DNA from: Syntrophorhabdaceae bacterium
GTDB taxonomy: Bacteria > Desulfobacterota > Syntrophorhabdia > Syntrophorhabdales > Syntrophorhabdaceae
Direction: 5' to 3'
NCBI GenBank assembly: GCA_963666485.2
Contig: CAXXUO010000001.1
Location: 608,001 to 672,000, forward strand
DNA: 64,000 bases
Positions within the stretch are counted from its first letter, which is position 1. Each line of letters opens with the position of its first letter. This document shows positions 61,651-64,000 of the stretch, piece by piece. The translations under genes and the position numbers were made by a program. Below the pieces are notes generated by a model. It saw only the letters and a program-made list of their open reading frames with translations, was not told the DNA's origin and did no database searches.

Positions 61651-62485
61651 GACTCTTCACATCGATAAACGGCACGGAACTTCCCGTAACCTTTGGGAGA
61701 TGACCGTCCCATTTCTCTATCGCCTTCATCGACGCCTCTATTTGCCTGAGCTTTACGAGCTCCACGGTTATGTTCGCTTTCTGGAGGCGAAGCGCCTCGG
61801 CTTCCGCCTTCGCCTGCGTTACCTTCTGCTCCGCTTCTATTTTGATGCGCTCGAGGTCGCGCTGGGCCTTCAACGCAAACTGCTCCGCGGTCTGCTTCGA
61901 CTCGATCGCCTGCGTGAACTGCTGGGAAAATTTAAAATTGACGATCGAAAAGTCGTCGACGTTGATATTGTACCCGATAAGGCGGCTTTTCAGGAGCTCT
62001 TTTATCTCGGACCGCACGCGTTCACGCTGGGTGATGAGCTCCACCGCCGTGTACTTCGCCGTTATCGCCTTGACGACCTCCTGGACCGCCGGGTCGATAA
62101 TGCGCTCTTTATATTGAAGCCCGATGTTCTGGTACACCCAGCTTGCCTGGTCCGGGATGATATGATAGTTGACGGCTATCGTGGAGTGCGTGTCCTGGAG
62201 GTCCTTCGACACCGATTCGGCGTCAGTCTGCGACTTGTGGACCCTGACATCCACCTTTATGACCTTTTGCACGACGGGGATCCTCAGGTGAAGGCCCTCG
62301 CTGAATACGGTCTTCTGGACCGCGCCGAACGTCAGCACGATCCCGCGCTCACCGGGCCCGACGATCACAAAGGGATTGACTATGGAGACAACGATAATGA
62401 AAGCGATGATGATAAAGATCCATTTCGCGAGTCTCTTAAACGTGGATTGCGTGTCTTTGACCATATTGACCACTTTTGGATCCAT
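61634..62485 (-). CDS. SPFH/prohibitin family membrane protein
   Basis: TM, PGERG, EGLH.RIP, SKDLQ, AIE.KQ.AEQ, KWDG.LP. Confidence 0.92.
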   Translation of the reverse strand: MDPKVVNMVKDTQSTFKRLAKWIFIIIAFIIVVSIVNPFVIVGPGERGIVLTFGAVQKTVFSEGLHLRIPVVQKVIKVDVRVHKSQTDAESVSKDLQDTHSTIAVNYHIIPDQASWVYQNIGLQYKERIIDPAVQEVVKAITAKYTAVELITQRERVRSEIKELLKSRLIGYNINVDDFSIVNFKFSQQFTQAIESKQTAEQFALKAQRDLERIKIEAEQKVTQAKAEAEALRLQKANITVELVKLRQIEASMKAIEKWDGHLPKVTGSSVPFIDVKSLEKEK

Positions 62486-62604
62486 ATGTCCTCCCCCGCA
62501 TCATTGTGTACTGTAGTAATCTCTTATCACATCCGGCGGGGCATTGGAATATTTTCCCGTGCTGCATATTGCGGTTTTCCCCCTTAATAAAAAACAAAGA
62601 CAAG

Positions 62605-62700
62605 AAAGACACTGGATCCCGGCTTTCGCCGGGATGACGACGGTGGGGGGGCGTGATGACGACGGTGGGGGACGGGATGACGATGACGGGGGGTGGGATG
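62605..62700. repeat. REP-like palindrome followed by G-rich degenerate tandem units
   Basis: AAGACACTGGATCCCGGCTTTCGCCGGGATGACG, then repeated GATGACGACGGTGGGGG. Confidence 0.8.
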
Positions 62701-62807
62701 GAATGATGATAGAATTGTCTATGTATGAACATCTTCTATCTAAATAATGCGCCATTTACACGTGGAACCCGGAGCGTGGGCCAAGTTCCCTTGATGCCGC
62801 ATTTCCC

Positions 62808-62836
62808 CGTGGAACGTGGAACGTGGAACGTGGAAC
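62808..62836. repeat. Heptamer tandem repeat CGTGGAA x4
   Basis: Direct reading of the sequence. Confidence 0.85.
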
Positions 62837-62927
62837 AAGTTCAGTGCCTTTATTGCAAACCACCATCCACCTGGTGTATATTTTCCTTGTTTCTTCAGCA
62901 ATTTAAGCGCATTCAACGAGGTGTAGC

Positions 62928-64000
62928 GTGGATTATGGTGATTATGAAGGCGTGATGGGCCTCGAGGTCCATGCGCATCTTTTGACACAGAGCAAGATCT
63001 TCTGCGGCTGCTCGACCGAGTTCGGGGCGGAGCCGAACAGCCACACGTGCCCGACCTGCATGGGCCTTCCGGGGGCGCTGCCTGTGCTCAACAAGAAAGT
63101 TGTTGAATTTGCGATCAAGCTCGGGCTTGCCCTTCACTGCTCGATAAGCCATAAGAGCGTGTTCGCACGCAAGAACTATTTCTATCCTGACCTTCCGAAG
63201 GGATACCAGATATCGCAGTACGAAGAACCGATCTGCAACCACGGCTGGCTCGATATCGAGGTCGACGGCCAGGCAAAGCGCATCCGCATCCTCAGAATAC
63301 ACATGGAAGAGGATGCCGGAAAACTCGTCCACGAACGAACGATCGAGACGAGCAGCTACAGCATGGTCGACTACAACCGCTCTTCAACACCGCTGCTCGA
63401 GATCGTCAGCGAGCCCGACTTAAGGACGCCCGCCGAGGCGACAGCGTACCTCAAGGCGCTCCGTGATATCCTTATGTACCTCGAGATATGCGACGGCAAC
63501 ATGGAGGAAGGAAGTTTCCGGTGCGACGCGAACGTTTCGGTGCGCAAAAAAGGTGACGAGGCCTTCGGCACGAGGGCCGAACTCAAGAACCTGAACTCCT
63601 TCCGGTTCATTGAAAGGTCTCTTGACTACGAGATCGAACGCCAGATAGCCCTTATAAAAAAGGGCGGGACCGTCGTCCAGGAGACGCGGCTGTTCAATGC
63701 CGATCAGGGCGTCACCTACTCGATGCGCGGCAAAGAAGAGGCGCACGATTACCGGTACTTCCCGGAACCGGACCTTCTTCCGGTGACTGTCGACGACGCG
63801 TGGATCGATGCCGTACAGAGCACCCTTCCCGAACTGCCGACCGAAAAAATGGAACGCTTTATAACGGACTACGGCCTTCCCCGGTACGACGTGGAGATCC
63901 TGGCATCCGACAGGGAACTCGCGGCGTATTTCGAGGATGTCCTCAAGGTATTCCCCGAACCGAAGACGGTCAGCAATTTCATCATGACGGAACTCCTGCG
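62928..64000 (+). CDS. gatB: Asp/Glu-tRNA amidotransferase subunit B, runs off the window edge
   Basis: Manual translation from [26 protein letters not shown]...[49 protein letters not shown]. Confidence 0.97.
   Translation, partial: MDYGDYEGVMGLEVHAHLLTQSKIFCGCSTEFGAEPNSHTCPTCMGLPGALPVLNKKVVEFAIKLGLALHCSISHKSVFARKNYFYPDLPKGYQISQYEEPICNHGWLDIEVDGQAKRIRILRIHMEEDAGKLVHERTIETSSYSMVDYNRSSTPLLEIVSEPDLRTPAEATAYLKALRDILMYLEICDGNMEEGSFRCDANVSVRKKGDEAFGTRAELKNLNSFRFIERSLDYEIERQIALIKKGGTVVQETRLFNADQGVTYSMRGKEEAHDYRYFPEPDLLPVTVDDAWIDAVQSTLPELPTEKMERFITDYGLPRYDVEILASDRELAAYFEDVLKVFPEPKTVSNFIMTELL

Overview
Core-genome window of a Gram-negative bacterium. Gene order and protein sequences suggest a deltaproteobacterial (Desulfobacterota-like) organism, but this is inference. 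In order, it holds cmk-ispH-rpsA-Trm112-lpxL, a Kdo kinase, glnS, a small accessory block next to tRNA-Gln(CTG), the str/S10/spc/alpha ribosomal superoperon, acs, carbonic anhydrase, lgt, an L,D-transpeptidase, an orphan PilB/GspE ATPase, greA, a full dcw cluster (mraZ to ftsZ), a frameshifted radical SAM gene and ssb, mtgA, an SPFH gene and the start of gatB. Main finding: the ftsI and ftsW slots of the dcw cluster both hold intact, translationally coupled but much shortened ORFs that look like FtsI and FtsW without their catalytic motifs, suggesting a catalytically dead FtsWI pair and a non-canonical septal wall synthesis system. Other notable points: rplC (L3) is cleanly absent from the S10 operon and adk from the spc operon; lgt appears to start at ATT; the acs leader carries a tandem pair of covarying palindromes; and many intergenic regions hold inverted heptamer arrays or REP-like elements. 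All family assignments come from motif recognition by eye, not database searches.
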